NCBI RefSeq assembly: GCF_009914755.1 | Contig: NC_060932.1 | DNA length: 64,000 bases | Reading direction: 5' to 3' (one strand) | From: the human T2T-CHM13v2.0 reference genome, Homo sapiens | Shown here: positions 28,681 through 41,530 of the stretch, in pieces | Layout: each line of letters begins with the position of its first letter | Numbering within the stretch: position 1 is the stretch's first letter | Made by a program: the position numbers and the translations under genes | Notes under the pieces: model-generated | The model's input: the letters and a program-made list of their open reading frames with translations, nothing else | Databases searched by the model: none | Told to the model about the DNA's origin: nothing

Positions 28681-29229
28681 CTGGGTTCAATGTAATTCAC
28701 ATCACTGTGTATCCTTCAAACTGACAGTCAATTTGCCCACCCATCCCTACACCCTGAGAAGAAAGAAAAGAGGGACTTTTAACATTATTTCCATAATGAT
28801 ATTCTAAAGTGAGAAGAATTAAAGAAAAAAAACTATCAACAGACTTCATGGAGATTATCAAACTCTAAATCTGTGCCAGGTGATAAACGGTAGTGGTGGT
28901 TTTCAATCTCGACATGTCTTTAGGATACACAGTTTCAACAATCTCTTATTTAAAGGGGCTTACTGTAGTGGTGATTATCAGGAAAAGGGAGCACCAAGGG
29001 CTTGGAGTGGGCTTAGTTTTTAAAAAAAATTTGATAGTTTAGATATGCCTCCCTAGAGAGCATACCTCTTTAGAACTTTGAGAATCATTGGAAGGAAGCT
29101 AAAAAGTTGGTCTTTTATTTTGTTTGTTTTCTCTAGAAAGAAAGATCAACCAGGCAAAGTCATGTCAGAGATGTCAAATGAATGGCTTATTTTTAAACTT
29201 ATTGTGTTTCCTATATCCACAAGGCTCAT

Positions 29230-29380
29230 TGCAAGTCACTGGTCAGAAGCATCAACACCACCTGGTAGCTTGTTAGAAATGCCGAGTCCCAGGTTCCACC
29301 CCAGTCCTATTGGTTCAGAATTTGCATTGTAGCAAGATCCGCAGGTGATTCTTATGCATCTCAGCTTTGAGGAGCACTGA
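29230..29380 (+). mobile_element. MER5 (hAT-Charlie) fossil
   Basis: caccacctggtagcttgttagaaatgc...caggtgattcttatgca...tttgaggagcactg. Confidence 0.8.
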
Positions 29381-29679
29381 TTTACACCACTTCTAAACAC
29401 TCTCCCCTTTTCTCCGCATTAGTCTAACTACCCCTCAAATGGCTTCCCTTAACAACTCATAAGTCCTTTATCATAGCAGTTATGGCATTGTCTTGAAATT
29501 GATTGTCTGAAGGTCTATCTTTTATGCCTGAATGTAAACTCTTCAAGACAAGGTCAGTGCCTTCCATGTTCCCCACTATATTGTTGGAACCTAACAGTTG
29601 CCTGAAACAGAGAGAGTTTTCAGCAAATATGTAGGAATCCCACAAGATTGTGATCTTTATAAGATCAAGAACTACAAGT

Positions 29680-30180
29680 TAGTAATAACTTAATTGTACA
29701 TTTTAAAATAACTGAAAGAGTGCAATTGGATAAATGCTTGAGGGGATGGACATCCCATTCTCCATGAAGTGCTTATTTTTGTTTTTGTTTTTGTTTTTGT
29801 TTTTTTGAGATGGAGTCTCACTCTGTCGCCCAGGCTGGAGTGCAGTGGCCTCACTGCAAGCCCCGCCTCCCGGGTTCATGCCATTCTCCTGCCTTAGCCT
29901 CCCGAGTAGCTGGGAATACAGGCGCCCGCCTCCATGCCCAGCTAATCTTTTGTATTTTTAGTAGAGGCAAGGTTTCACTGTGTTAGCCAGGATGGTCTTG
30001 ATCTCCTGACCTCGTGATCCGCCCATCTCGGCCTCCCAAAGTGCTGGGATTACAGGCATGAGCCACCGCACCTGGCCCATGATGTGTTTATTTCATATTG
30101 CATGCCTGTATCAAAACATCTCATGTATCCCATAAATAAAACCTACCGTGTACCTACAAAAAATAAAAATGAAAATAATT
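29680..30180 (+). mobile_element. L1MA-type extreme 3' end interrupted by AluY
   Basis: taataacttaattgtacattttaaaataact...gcatgcctgtatcaaaacatctcatgtatcccataaata. Confidence 0.85.
29779..30077 (-). mobile_element. AluY with a small internal deletion
   Basis: tgttagccaggatggtc and gacctcgtgatcc diagnostics. About 10 nt missing at cagtggc|ctcactgc. TSD catga(a/t)gtg(c/t)ttattt at 29763-29778 and 30078-30093. Confidence 0.95.
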
Positions 30181-30529
30181 TTTAAAAGAATCACATATGG
30201 GTACTTTTGCATCTTTAAAATGTAGAAAGGCCCTGGCATAAAATAAATACTCAATTTGTGTTGAATTCCTTAATTTATGCCTGATTCATACAAGAAAATG
30301 GAAAGGACTAAAAACATAGTTATTTTGCCAAATGTCATTTTTGTCAAGACTCCTTGATATCTGCTGGTCCTAATTCTTGCATTAATTCCCTTCTGTTTTC
30401 AAATCACATTGTTTATTAATTATACGAAGTAAAAACTTGAATAGTTATTTTCAGTTTGTAAAATAACCTTATCTTCACAATATCATCAATTCTTGGATCA
30501 CTAAGAAATTATCTCTTTGATAGTTAAAC

Positions 30530-30680
30530 TATCAAGTTCAACTAAGTCTTTGAGAGCTAATGAGTCAGCTTCAAAGAGGTTATGTGATTTTCCCAACGTC
30601 ACAGTGCTGATAGGTGGCAAGGTCAAGAAGTGATATCAGATCTTCTGACCCCATGTTCTTTCCCTCTATACCACACTGAG
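30530..30680 (-). mobile_element. MIR SINE
   Basis: agaggttatgtgattttcccaacgtcacag...ggtggcaagg. Confidence 0.7.
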
Positions 30681-32249
30681 CACTGTAATCAGAGGGCATC
30701 TGAGATTTCAGGAAAGTTACTCAGAGATCTGCTGGCACTCGGTTTTAGTATTTCATTCAACTAAGTATAGTAATTATTTTTCAGACAAATTTGTCATTCT
30801 GGTTTTGTAGTGTCTTCTGTGTTGATGCATGCATTTATTTATTCATCAATTTATTCCACAACTTTTTCTTGATTTTTTTTGAACAGTGTCAGCCCACTAG
30901 TGGTCACACACTATTTGTCTAGTTGAACTGATTAGCTTTTTTTGATAAATATTGACAATTCAGGTCTCTGAGATCTACTGGTAAAATAACCACATTTCCA
31001 GATGAAAATTATAAAGTCATCGAGCATTAGAGCTGGCAGATGCCTTTAGAGATTATCTCCTCCAACCTCCATTTCTGCCAGATAAAAAGGCTGAGAGCCA
31101 ACGAGGGAGAGTGATATGCCTGAGTTCACATTACAAAATGTTTATCTAGCTCTTCCTGTGAGAACCTGAATTATCTGCTGTATATGTTTGCACTGATCAC
31201 AAGGCAGGTAGTTGCCAGATCCCCATTTGGCTTGGGCATAGAACCAAATAATTTAAAAATACCCCCAAAGCCCTATATAATAGTTAGATGCCTTCTAAAG
31301 CCTGCAGCTGACAATGTACTCATATTGCTGATCCTAAGAGAAATTTGTAATGACTGAGAGGGATTGATTGCCACCTGTAAATATTCAGAACACATACTCA
31401 TCAAGGTCTGAACAAGAACATATGTGAATAATTAACAAGATAGTGATTTGTAGTATCATGGCAATAGATAACCTGGTTCCTAAAGAGAGGTTAACCGAAG
31501 TTGCTTTTCCTTTTACAAGGCAACCATAAAGTAGATTCTTACATTTGTTATCTCTTTTGTGGTATAGTTTTGGAAGTTGAATCCTCAAGAAACAATTTTT
31601 CTTCCAAAGTAAACATTGATTCTTACTAGACACTGTATTTAACATGGTACATTCTAAGCTTTGAAAGAAAGAGACACAGGTATAATTATGTAGTTTCTTC
31701 ACTAATCTCTGTCACTAATCTTGTTCCTTTCTTTCTTTCCCCACAGCAGATCTAAGAAAAAGTAACCCCAGATCTTTCTGTAGTTTGATTGAGTATTAAA
31801 ACATCAGGGTTATTTACAGTTTAGCTCTGTGATTTCATTTGACATCTCTATTTTATTCGTCCATCTGTAGGCTGTGATCTATGTCTTTACCAAAAGGCAG
31901 CAAACAAGAAGAATCAAAAGGAAGAAAGGGTCTCAGTATCCTCCCTTGGGTTATTTTCCCTAAAAACAAAAATTCTCTCCACCTCTTCTACCTAACACAG
32001 AGAGCATCTGAGAAACATAATCACATTGTTTCATGTGAAACTTATAAAGATACGGTCCAATAGCATCTCTTGCTCTCTTTTTCTCCCTCCCCAAAGAAAA
32101 CAAAATCACTTTTTCCCCTTAAATGAAAGCTGTCACTTTGAAAAACCTTTTGAAACTGTCTACTTCTAAAACTAAACATATGTCTATGCTACGACCCTGC
32201 AATTCCATTCCTCAGCATAGGTAAATGAGTGTATTTGCCTACCAAAATT

Positions 32250-32510
32250 TGTATTGTTCTAAGTTCTTTAGAGAAACAAACCAATATAATATTTTATCTG
32301 TAAGTGTATAAATGTATGTACATACGTATGTAATATGCATGTATGTATGTACATGATTTACTATAAGGCATTGGCTCACACAGTATGGAGGCTGAGAAGC
32401 CACAAAATCTGCAGTTGGCAAGTTGGAGACCCAGGAGAGTAAATGCTGTAGCTTCAGTCCAAGTCCAAAGCCCTAAGAATCAGGAAAGCCAGTGGTGTAA
32501 ATTCCAGTTG
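32250..32510 (-). mobile_element. MLT2 (B/D-type) ERVL LTR, 3' part
   Basis: tgtattgttctaagttctttagagaaacaaaccaata...ttggctcacac...ggaggctgagaag...ggagacccagga is the antisense of an MLT2 3' half. Confidence 0.8.
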
Positions 32511-33228
32511 CAGTCACAGACTTGGAAGTAAGATGGTGACAAGGAGGTCAGGGGAAGAGGCATGTAGATGGACCTCTCTGAATTGCAAGAAAATGAAGAT
32601 GTTTATGTCCCATATGAGTGCTCACCAAACAGTGACCTAGGCAGAGAAAGATGTTAATAATCAAATGAACAGGATGTTCATAGTTCTGTAGATACTAGTG
32701 AGCTTCTTTCCCCAGCCACTTTGTCATTGCCTAATGGGCTCATGACAAACTGGCCATGGTGGCAGAAGTGGAGGATAAGCATGGGCTCAGCAACATGGAC
32801 TTCTACTCAGTAAGGTCAGTCTCGCTATGGCCACTGCTGAGTGCTCAATCTTCCAGCAACAGAGACTAACACAGGATCCCTAATATGGCACATTTCCTTG
32901 GGGTAGGTTAATTTCATTGGAGTGCTTCCATCATAAAAGGGGCAATATTTTGTTCTTACTGGAATAGACATTTACTATGAATAGAGATTTGCTTTCCTTA
33001 CACATAATGCTTCTGCCAAAACTACCATCCATGGAATGCCTTACCTACATTCATTATCACACACAGCACTACTTCTGATCAAGGAACTCACTTCATGGGC
33101 AAAGATGTTTGGCAATAGGACCACGCTAATAGGATTCACTAGTCTTATCTTGTTCCCCACCATCTTAAAGTAGGCAGTTTGATAGAAATTGAAATGTCTT
33201 TTAAAGACTCAGTTACAACACCAGTAGC
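32511..33228 (+). mobile_element. ERVL pol fragment (RNase H C-terminus to integrase core), decayed
   Basis: Encodes decayed equivalents of ERVL SAHQ, WAH..GHGG, AQQHGL, FVLTGID, NASAKTT and SDQGTHF motifs, with stops and frameshifts. Confidence 0.85.
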
Positions 33229-33480
33229 AGGCCAAAAAACCTGTGTCTCAAAAGGAGAGTAATCATCTGTGAAGGATGGCAGGGATCTGTTCTGTAATCC
33301 CAAGGACTTGTGCTGCAATCCAACTATAGGGGTATGCCAAAGACTGCAAACAGCATCCCTATATAGCACTGACACTTTAAGAATCATATCTTCTAGCTCA
33401 TATGGCCCAGGTGGCAGAGCAGTTTGCACAGCAGCCTGGACCTGTTGCAGAGCCTTCTTTCATTTTGAACCCCACTCAAA
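33222..33480 (-). mobile_element. ERVL pol RT-connection fragment, decayed
   Basis: ORF 33145-33429 (QTALPPGPYE...RDAVCSLW...LPSFTDDYSPFE) resembles ERVL QAALPLGPYD...RDAVWSLW...LPSSADNYSPFE. Confidence 0.85.
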
Positions 33481-33849
33481 GTATAAGAATTTCAAAACAT
33501 TTTATTTATAGTAACTAAAAACTAGAACAATCCAAATGTCTATCTATAGTAGAATGGATAAATGAGTTGCAGCAAATTCATAAAATGGAATACTATGCAA
33601 CAATAAAACAGAACATTTACTACAAACAATATTACCATTGGGTTTCACAGGCAAAGCAATGAATGAGAGAAAGAAGATACCTACAAGAAAGGACACACTA
33701 TTTTTGTATACTTAAATTACATAAAAGTCAAGAACTAAATTGTGGTGATAGTAGTCAGAATATTGCTTACCTGATTTCAGGGAGGTTGGAACAGGTATGG
33801 ACGTAGGAAGTGAAATGAAGCCCCCCTCTTTGGTATTGAAAATATTGCA

Positions 33850-36061
33850 AAATCCCTTCATGATAAAAACCCTCAATGAACTAGGCATTGAGGGAACATA
33901 CCTCAAAACAATAAGAGCTATTTATGACAAAACCACAGCCAACATCATACTGAATGGGGAAAAGTTGACAGCATTCCCCCTAATAGCTGGAACAAGGCAA
34001 GGATGCCCGCTCTCACCACTCCTATTCAACACAGTACTGGAAGTTCTAGTCAGAGCAATCAGTCAAGTGAAAGAAACAGAAGTCATCCAAATTGGAAAAG
34101 AAGTAAAATTGTCTTACTCACTGATGACATGACTATATACCTAGAAAACTCTAGAGATTCCTCCAAAGGATTCCTAGACCTGATAAATGACTTCGGTAGT
34201 TTCAAGATACAAAATGAATGCACAAAAATCAGTAACACTTCTATACACCAATAATGCTCAAGCTGAGAACCAAATCAGGAACTCAATCTCATTTACAATA
34301 GCCACAAAAAAAGCCATCAAATATCTAGGAATACATTTAATCAAGGAGGTTAAAGACCTCTGCAAGGAGAATTACAAAACACTGATGAAAGAAATCATAG
34401 ATGAACCAAATGAAAAAACATCCCATACTCATGGATAGAAAGAATAAATATCATTAAAATAACTCTATTTCCCAAAGTAATCAATAGATTCAATGCAATT
34501 CCTATGAAATTACCAATGTCATTTTTTCACAGAATTAGGGGAAAAAAACCCTAAAATTTATATAGGGCCCAACCAAAAAAAAAAGCCTAAATAGCCAAAG
34601 CAATCCTGAGAATAAAGAACAAAGTCAGAGGCATTACATTACCTGACTTCAAACTAAGCTACAAGGTTTTAGTAACCAAAACAGCATGGTACTAGTATAA
34701 AAACAGACAGAAAGAGATCAAAGGTACAGAAAAGAGAACCCAGAAATAAAGCCACAAATCTACAATTATTTGATCTTCAACAAAGTCAACAAAAATAAAC
34801 AATAGGGAAAAAGAGATTTTAATCAATAAAGGGTGCTGGAAAAACTAGCAAACTGTAGGCAGAAGAATAAAACTGGACCCCTATCTCTTACATTATTAAA
34901 AAAAAGCCCTCAAGATTGATTAATGACATAAATGTAAGGTGTAAACTTATAAAATTCCAAGAAGAAAACCTAGGAAAAACATTTATGGACATTTGCCTAG
35001 GGAAAGAATTTATGACCAGGTTCTCAAAAGCAATCACAACAAAAACAAAATAGATAAATGGGACTTAATTGATCTAAAAACCTTCCACACAGCAAAAGGA
35101 ATAATCAACAGGTTAAACACAGCCTACAGAATGGGAGGAAATACTTGCAAACTATGCATCTGACAGAGGACTAATATCCAGAATCTATTAGAAATAAATA
35201 AATCAACAAGCAATAAACCAAATAACCCCATTAAAAAGTGAGCAAAGGACATGAACAAACACTTCTAAAAAGAAAACATTCAAGTGGCCAACAAACATAT
35301 GAAAAAATGTACATCACCAATCATCAGAGAAATCCAAATTAAAACCACAATGTGATACCATCTCACACAAGTCAGAATGGCTATTACTAAAAAGTCAAAA
35401 AATAACAGATGTTGGCAAGGATATGGAGAAAATGGAATTCTTATAGACTGTTTGTGGGAATGTAAATTAGTTCAGCCACTGTAGAAAACGGTATGGAGAT
35501 TTCTCAAAGAACTAAAACTACAACTACAATTTGACCCAGCAATCCCAGTACTGGATATATACTCAAAGGAAAATAAATTATTTTATCAGAAAGATACCTG
35601 CACTGTGAGTTTACTGCAGCACTATTCACAACAGCAAAATCATGGAATCAACCTAAGTGTCCATCAATGGTTGATTGGATTTTAAAAACTGTGGTATATA
35701 TACACCATGGAATACTATGCGGCCATAAAATGAGTGAAATCATGTCCTTCATAGCAATGCAGATGGAGCTGGAGGCCATTAACCTAAGTGAAACAACTCA
35801 GAAACAGAAAATCAAATACCTCATGTTTTCACTAAGTAGAAGCCAAACAATAAGTACACATGGGCATAATAATGGAAAGAGACCCTGAGGACTCCAAAAG
35901 GGGAGAGAGTGGGAAGGAGATGAAGGTTGAAAAACTACGTATTCGGTACTATGTTTAGTATTTGGTTACAAGTTAACTAGAAATCCAATCCTCAACATGA
36001 AGGAATATACCTATGTAACAACATGCATGTATACCCACTGAATCTAAAGTTTAAAAAGAAA
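33850..36061 (+). mobile_element. 5'-truncated L1PB-type element (ORF2 RT domain to polyA), non-coding
   Basis: ORFs give L1 ORF2 motifs ([30 protein letters not shown]) broken by frameshifts. L1PB-type 3' UTR. Degenerate TSD gaaaatattgca / gagaatattcca. Confidence 0.95.
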
Positions 36062-37186
36062 GAGAATATTCCATACATAAAATCTATTAATTTTTACGTT
36101 TAAGACTTGTGTATATAACTACACCTCAATAAACATTTTGTTTAAATGATAATTGACTCCTTCCTCCCCACAGCTGGGAATTGCTGGAATTATGAATATT
36201 TCTAGTCTTGTGTTCTTTCTCTGAGCAGCCATACCCTATGGGTTATCCACATTTTTTTTTTCATAAGGGAATTCCTCTTAGGAAAGCATGTATTTCAGCC
36301 ACAACAAAATATTTCAAAATAAAAATTTAAACACACACACAAAACAAAACATTTTAACAAACAATCATTTTCATTATGTATGCAAATTCAGGGCAGATGT
36401 GTTCAGAGAAATAACTTAAATCCACCCACCACTAGACAAAAAGAAAAACTGAATAAGCATTTCCAAAATATTGTAATGATTTCCCCCCGCCTCCTAGTCA
36501 AGACTGGCAACAGAATTGTAGAAACACCATGAGAAAGGTCTCTCTGAATGTGTGTGACTAGAATTCTCAGATGGTGCTAGGTGATGGGAAATTTGATTTG
36601 ACTTCAAATCCTCAGCTTTGAAGTCGAGCAGCGACCTTTAAGGGAAAAAGTGAAGTCCACTTTGGAATGACCCATTATATTCTTACTTATTTACATGCAT
36701 TATCTCACTGAACACCTTTAAGATCAGTAACATCAGAAAATTTTACTTAGAGAACTTAAGCAACTTCTCCCCCAACATTATAGACCTGTTTGGTTGGGAA
36801 CCCTGACTGGAGTCCTCATTGTCTAACCTCCAGCTTCTGTGATATGGCACTTCCAGTCTGACTGTTGGCTTTCTTAGTGTTGCTTCTAGACTGAAATGTC
36901 TAGGAATGGACTTATAGATTGCTTATATTAGTCACGGTAGGTTTTCCTCCATAAAGGACATAGTATCTTCCTGTTTTATTCTCTTGATGAAAAATTTATT
37001 ATCTACTCTGTAACAAATCAAATAGAATTAAAACTAATATTTATATAATTCACATGACTGTCATATTATTTATAACACAGTTCCAATTTGTTCCTCTTTT
37101 ACAGAACTTTGGTGATGAGAGAATGGGCATGATGCCCAACTTCAATGCCATGTAGTGCTCTTAGGTACTTATTCAAGGTTCACTGG

Positions 37187-37230
37187 GGTAACTACTACGG
37201 TAACTCACTATGGTAACTACTATGGTAGTT
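37187..37230 (+). repeat. Short tandem repeat, 12-13-bp unit GGTAACTACTA(C/T), about 3.5 copies
   Basis: ggtaactactac ggtaactcactat ggtaactactat ggtagtt. Confidence 0.85.
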
Positions 37231-37961
37231 CACCTCTAATTTCAACCAACAGCTTATTCCTAATTCCAAACTGGCTCTGCTCCTGACCTTGAAACCTAGT
37301 AGAACTAGGTTCTGGAAATCAGTAATACCCCTTTTCCCTCTCAAGACTCCACTCATCAGCCATCATGGCCATGTTTTTTTATGCAGAGCCTCCCAAGGTG
37401 ATCTATAGGTATTACAATTTGGGGAAAATATGTTGTATCGAAAGCCTGTGAGAGCAATGTCTGAATGAATTAAAAAATTGCTAACCTTGCCAGGCTTTTC
37501 TTGGTTCTCCATCAGTCTTTCTCAAGTAATTTGTGGAACACTAGTTACCCGAACATATCTGAGGCTGTCTAATCAGGTTCTCTTGTTTCATAAGCTGTTT
37601 GCAATTTGGGATGCTTCTTCAGGGAAACAGTCAGAGCAGGGCATCACAGTTCCCAAGGTTACAAAAGGCTAGCCATGATGGGCACTCAAGAGGTGCTTGT
37701 TTCCTTTATCTTTCCAAATAAAGAATCATGAAACTCTTTAGAAATCTAATTACATTAACTACAGCCCTAGTTTATATAGTAGAATAGCTATAGATAACTT
37801 GGACACATTTTATATCAATAAAACTTATCTTCTAATAAATAATGTAAGTAGTAATTGAGGGCTCAGGCTATTAAAGAGGAAAGGGAAGGGATTGGGCTCA
37901 TAATAGAAACTTCTGCTTTCTCAGAAATAACAAGGACAAGCTTTGACCATTCCTCCACCTC

Positions 37962-38331
37962 AGATATGGTTTGGCTGTGTCCCCACCCAAATTCCATCTT
38001 GAATTGTAGTTCCCATAATCCCCACTTGTCATGGGAGGGACTTGGTGGGAGGTAATTGAATCATGGGGGTGGTTTCCTCTATGCTGTTATTGTAATAGTG
38101 AGTGAGTTCTCACAAGATCTGATGGTTTTATAAGAGGCGTTCCCCTTCTGCTTGGCATTCTCTCTCCTGCCGCCCTGTAAAGAAGGGCATGTTTGTTTCC
38201 CCTTCTGCCATGATTGTAAGTTTCCTGAGGCTTCTAGCCCTGCAGACCTGCACATCAATCAAACTTCTTTCCTTTATAAATTACCCAGCCTTGGGTATTT
38301 CTTCATAGCATCATGGGAACAGACTAATACA
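37962..38331 (+). mobile_element. THE1C/D solo LTR (MaLR)
   Basis: gatatggtttggctgtgtccccacccaa...cagactaataca. Exact 5-bp TSD ACCTC at 37957-37961 and 38332-38336. Confidence 0.95.
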
Positions 38332-38759
38332 ACCTCTCACTCATGCCTCTGCTGAGGAAAGTTTTGTCTGATTAATGGATGAGGGGAACAAGTTAGTCAA
38401 CCTCTGTGACTCATTACCTGGACCATGGATCATGCTTTTTTCTCTGTTCCTGCTGCACTGTGACAAGGTCAGTAGTGTAGAGATTTTCTGCTCTGTGATG
38501 GGGGGCAAAGTTTGTTTAGAAGGAAGCACTGAGAGCCCATTTGGTGTTGAGCCTAAGTCATATGTCCCAATGTACATTTGTCAGCAATAAGCCTTATTTT
38601 TTAAAATACTTTTTGTGTACAGGTATATGTCACATATATTTCAGGCATCCAACATGTTCAGATAATTCTAAAGAATACCATAAAGAAAAATTCCCCTGTC
38701 ACTAGGCTTAAGAGCTAACACTAGCAATACAATTGATATTATTTGTATATATCTTTTTG

Positions 38760-39230
38760 TTCCCATTCTTCTCTCACACATTTCCTATCCCAGAGAGAAC
38801 CACCATTGAACTTTGTGTTTATCATTTTACTGAATGTTTTCATACTAACATGAAAGTATTGTTTAACAATATCTAGGATTTTTGCATATTTATAAACTTT
38901 AAATGTGAAGAGTATCATATTAACATTCTTATAAAAAGTTTATTGTACTCAATATTATGTTGTAAGGATTTATTCATATTGATAGATGTATTGCTAGCTC
39001 ATTCACCTTATTGTAGCACTCCCACAGACTAATATGCTGCATATATATGATGATAAATATTTAAATGGTCTCTCATTTTTCACTATTACAGATAATACTG
39101 CGATGAATATTTTGTGACGTATTTCCATATCCACATATATGACAGCTTCTCTAGGTTGTGTGTCTCAGAAGAGAAATAATGTATCATAGGTAAGTGTATT
39201 TTTATTGTTAGTATATATTGCTAAAGCTGA
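38760..39230 (-). mobile_element. Old L1 (L1ME-like) fragment
   Basis: ctcaatattatgttgtaaggatttattcatattg...cactattacagataatactgcgatgaatatt. Confidence 0.6.
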
Positions 39231-40531
39231 TATTTGGATCCCTAATTCTTCATTGTTTTCTCAGTTATTGCCAATCCCACAGAAAGGAAGAGATAATCAA
39301 TGCTTCCTCTTTCCTCTACCTAAGGTCAGCTTTCTTTCTTCCTTTTCTATCTCATAAATGCTTAATCATTCTCTAAGACTCATCCAACTTCCTCTCTTCT
39401 GTGAAAACTCCTCCTAACCCCACAGAGGTAAAGTGACCACTCCCTCCTTTGAGCTTTCACAGATGGCTCTTCTGCATAGGACTTGTAGATTACTGAATCC
39501 TACAGAAATTACTTTGCCTATATATCTATGTACAAAATTCACAAATTTCATAATGTTCAGAAGAGAAACCAAGGAGGAGACTCCAAAAGACAACACTACA
39601 GTGACATTATATCCTTTAATCAGTTCTTAATCATCCACCAATTAGAAAGGTTACCCAATAATAGAATCCTTGGCATTGCCTTTGATCCATATTAGCCTCT
39701 CTCATCTAGGACAGTTGGGCTCTTTATAGAAGATGAGGTGAAAAACTTTATTGACTACATCTACACCTGCAAACACACAGGTGATTCATAGTCCCTACCC
39801 ACATTCCCCTTGCTGTCTACTTGACCATATGAGGCACACGTGTGAAACTATTATAATGAGAAAAATCCATGTGTAGAATGACAAAATTCTGAGGCTTTTA
39901 TAGCTATTAATAACAGGGGCTCATGGGTGATAGCAACAAAATTTCAATTTGATAAATAAGAAACTATCTTTTGAAGTATTGCTTCACCTCATGTTACAAA
40001 GCCAAATGGCAAAGTCAGAGTTCATGATAACTCATTTTCTTTAATTCAGCATATATTTATAGAACACTCAACTATACCACAGTTCTATGTATGTGATAAT
40101 TAAGACAAACCTGAGGAGTTCAATTTAATTAAAATTATTTTCTTATACATCTCTGTGAGTATGGTCATATTAGGTACATCACAGAGTGTGCCAAAGGCAT
40201 TATAATTGCTACAGTTTTCAAAAACCTTGTTTCATTTGGTAACATTAAAATGGAAAAATTGTGACATTTGAGTATATAACAGGATGTAAACTTGGAAGGT
40301 TTTATTAAAGCAGCAAGATGAAATAGATAAAAAGTTCCAAGGTGGGGTGCTATGTCACCTGCAGAAATTTCAAAGTAAGTTTGAGAGTCATATGGATCTA
40401 AAACCCACAGAGATGTTAAAAGGGTGATGAAAGAATAGAGATTAGAAAGAATGTTTTTCTGGAGAATGTTTGTTTTTAAAAAGCTGTGCTCTGATGCCAT
40501 CTCTCTCTCCCCTACTCCCGCCTTATTTTAC

Positions 40532-41530
40532 TGTAAGATTAAAGAGAGTTTCTCTGGCTGAAGAGAATGTTTTGTGCATTCTGGAGAGAATATGGGGAAA
40601 TGCTGTGGCCTGATGAGTAACATATGCCTGGAGAATATTCAGGTATGGTAGAAGGTGAAATGGCCTGCTATCACAGGATGGGAATAGGGGTCTGGAAAAT
40701 CACTGCACCTCCCTCAGTGTGCACTGCAGTCTTCTCATATTGAATTTCACTGGAAAGATCAGTCATTTAAATACAGATCTGCCAAATAGGGCTTCTGCCA
40801 CAGGGCAAAGACATCCATTGAGCATATATTGAGTAGACTGCCAGAAATATGAGTTTACTGTGGATCAGGATTACACTGACAAAAAGTCAAGACACTTCCC
40901 ACATCCATGACATCCTGCTAAAAGAAATTCAGTTGAGGAGGCTCTAAAGATCCCACAGAAATATTCATTAGAGAAAGAGTTAGCTGAACTCATTGGCCAG
41001 GCTCAAATAAGAAGCATTTCACAACTGGCCAAATCAGAATTCTCACATCTATCCAAATTCTCTTCCTGCATTCAGCCCAGGACAGGCTGTCAATTCAAGC
41101 TTAAGAAAATAGGTGAACATGCAATAAAGAAGGGAAGGAAGGTGAGTGGAAAGAAGGGACTAATCATACCCCATCCTCCCAAACATAGACTGGCCTACTT
41201 AGGTTGCCTAACTTAATAAATGGGTTAGGGGAAGATGTCTAATCTTTGAATGAAGACTAAAATATTAATTTCTAGATTACCATGTTGAATTTGACATTTA
41301 CTGGACATTTCTGACTCATCTGATTTTGATATACAGAGTGATTGGATAATTTTCTATCATCTATTATCTATTATCTAAGAATGTCCAAAAATTGATGCAA
41401 TCTGCCGACATTTTCAACCAGTGGCCTCGATAACTGAGTAACTAAATAACAAAGTTAAAGTTGAAGATAAAAATGAAGCTGTGTTTTGATGCCACTTTAT
41501 GATTCATGATTGTTCAACACACCAGTTACA
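40532..41530. mobile_element. Ancient LTR, possibly Gypsy-type (MamGypLTR-like)
   Basis: About 1 kb block with TGTAA...TTACA inverted termini, ending tgttcaacacaccagttaca. Family assignment from memory only. Confidence 0.4.

Larger units (their letters stand above)
32140..36140 (+). mobile_element. Host L1ME-type 3' region in three pieces (about 32140-32249, 33481-33849, 36062-36140)
   Basis: gaccctgcaattccattcct | aatccaaatgtctatc...gaatggataaa | tataactacacctcaataaa are colinear parts of an old L1 3' end. Confidence 0.7.

Noticed and set aside
33797-34438. Reverse-transcriptase-like ORFs
   Set aside because: Frameshifted pieces of a 5'-truncated L1PB ORF2 with an altered catalytic motif context. 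Not a functional RT.
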